Positions 62,984-64,000 of a stretch of DNA of 64,000 nucleotides are shown piece by piece. The translations under genes were made by a program, and so were the position numbers. How positions within the stretch are numbered: position 1 is the stretch's first letter; each line of letters opens with the position of its first letter. This DNA is from Pecten maximus (taxonomy: Eukaryota), in contig NC_047024.1 in NCBI RefSeq assembly GCF_902652985.1, positions 25,048,001 to 25,112,000 of the forward strand, in the 5' to 3' direction. The notes below the pieces were generated by a model. That model was not told the origin of the DNA. It searched no databases and was given only the letters and a program-made list of their open reading frames with translations.

Positions 62984-64000
62984 GTAAATAGCCAGATATA
63001 TCTCACGACGAGTCTCACCTCATCATATATACACCTCTCAAGATGAGTCTCGCAATATGTAAATCTAAAATGAGGTATATATTATGTTCTATATATAGCT
63101 CGAGTTGGGTGTCTCGAGGTTATACTCTATAAACGAAGTAGGTTGGGGTTGTCGTTACTTGGATTAACCTGTTTGTCCGGAAGTTTAAGGGGGAATTGTC
63201 CTGACAAACAGGTTGATTACTTGTGGCCGATTCCAATGCTATGTTATACATATCAAAACTTTACCCTGGAATTGTGCATCTGGACACATTTCTGTCATTC
63301 GGGCCCTTTTTATTGGACTTATGACCAATCATTGACATTCCTTGTCCAAATATTTACAGAAAGTTTAAACATATATAGGTAAACTAGAATGACCTGTCGC
63401 GTTGACCTTTTTGTGGAATATTCAAAGTGGGTAGTTCCATGATTGCACAGGTGTGTTAACAAAATATATTGATACGGAATACTACTGTGTCCAGCAGGGT
63501 GCTGTTTTGGACCATCCGTTTTTGTTACAATTTTATATTGACAATACAGGGATTGTATCATTTACTTTTGATGCATGGGTAACACATATTCAAGTAACTA
63601 TGTGATCAATTGTTCACATCTTAACAGTTTTGCCGCTAAATCTAGACCAGTATAAATACAAATGATGCAGCTGATGATATGGTTTGTTACATTATAAAAA
63701 AAACTAACATATATACATGTATATATACAAAGCACCTATTTCCCCTAAATGACTATAGACTCGTCTGTAATCAACACGACAGGTCATTCTGAACGGACTA
63801 TACCATGTAATGTTGATATATTGTGTGTTAAATTTTCATGATTGAATTGATATAAATAAATCTATGTCTTATGGTGAAAACAGGCTCATCAAAAAGAATG
63901 TAATAATTTCATTCGGAACCCGAATTTGATTAATCTTTGAACCTTTATTAAAAAATAACTATTTTGTGGTCAATTCTTCCTAAACTACTGCATTTATTTC

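Overview
AT-rich, repeat-dense animal genomic DNA. The repeat families and gene content suggest a bivalve mollusc (inference), and there is one N gap at 32339-32482. I read splice sites by hand and recovered genes that the ORF track only shows in fragments. (1) A 19-coding-exon meiotic HORMAD (Hop1/HORMAD1-like) gene on the minus strand (44552->28479, about 611 aa). It has a HORMA domain, a PHD finger plus winged-helix chromatin-binding region, a C-terminal closure-motif-like tail, and 21-, 27- and 11-nt microexons. (2) ROPN1L (5 coding exons, 50273-53839), head-to-head with HORMAD across an interval of about 360 bp that carries an RFX X-box. (3) A single-exon class A GPCR whose probable true start (23145) is separated from the main ORF by a 1-nt frameshift. 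(4) An unidentified acidic/coiled-coil gene starting at 56685 and running out of the window. (5) A decayed multi-exon zinc-finger gene at about 17.6-20.1 kb. The remainder is LINE debris (L1/Tx1, RTE-X-like, CR1), tRNA-derived SINEs, palindromic MITEs, Helentron-type (HINE/DINE-1-like) elements carrying 145/155/324-bp satellite cores, and 47-, about 49- and 39-bp tandem arrays. The octamer TACATGTA is strongly over-represented and matches the expected Tc1/mariner excision footprint.
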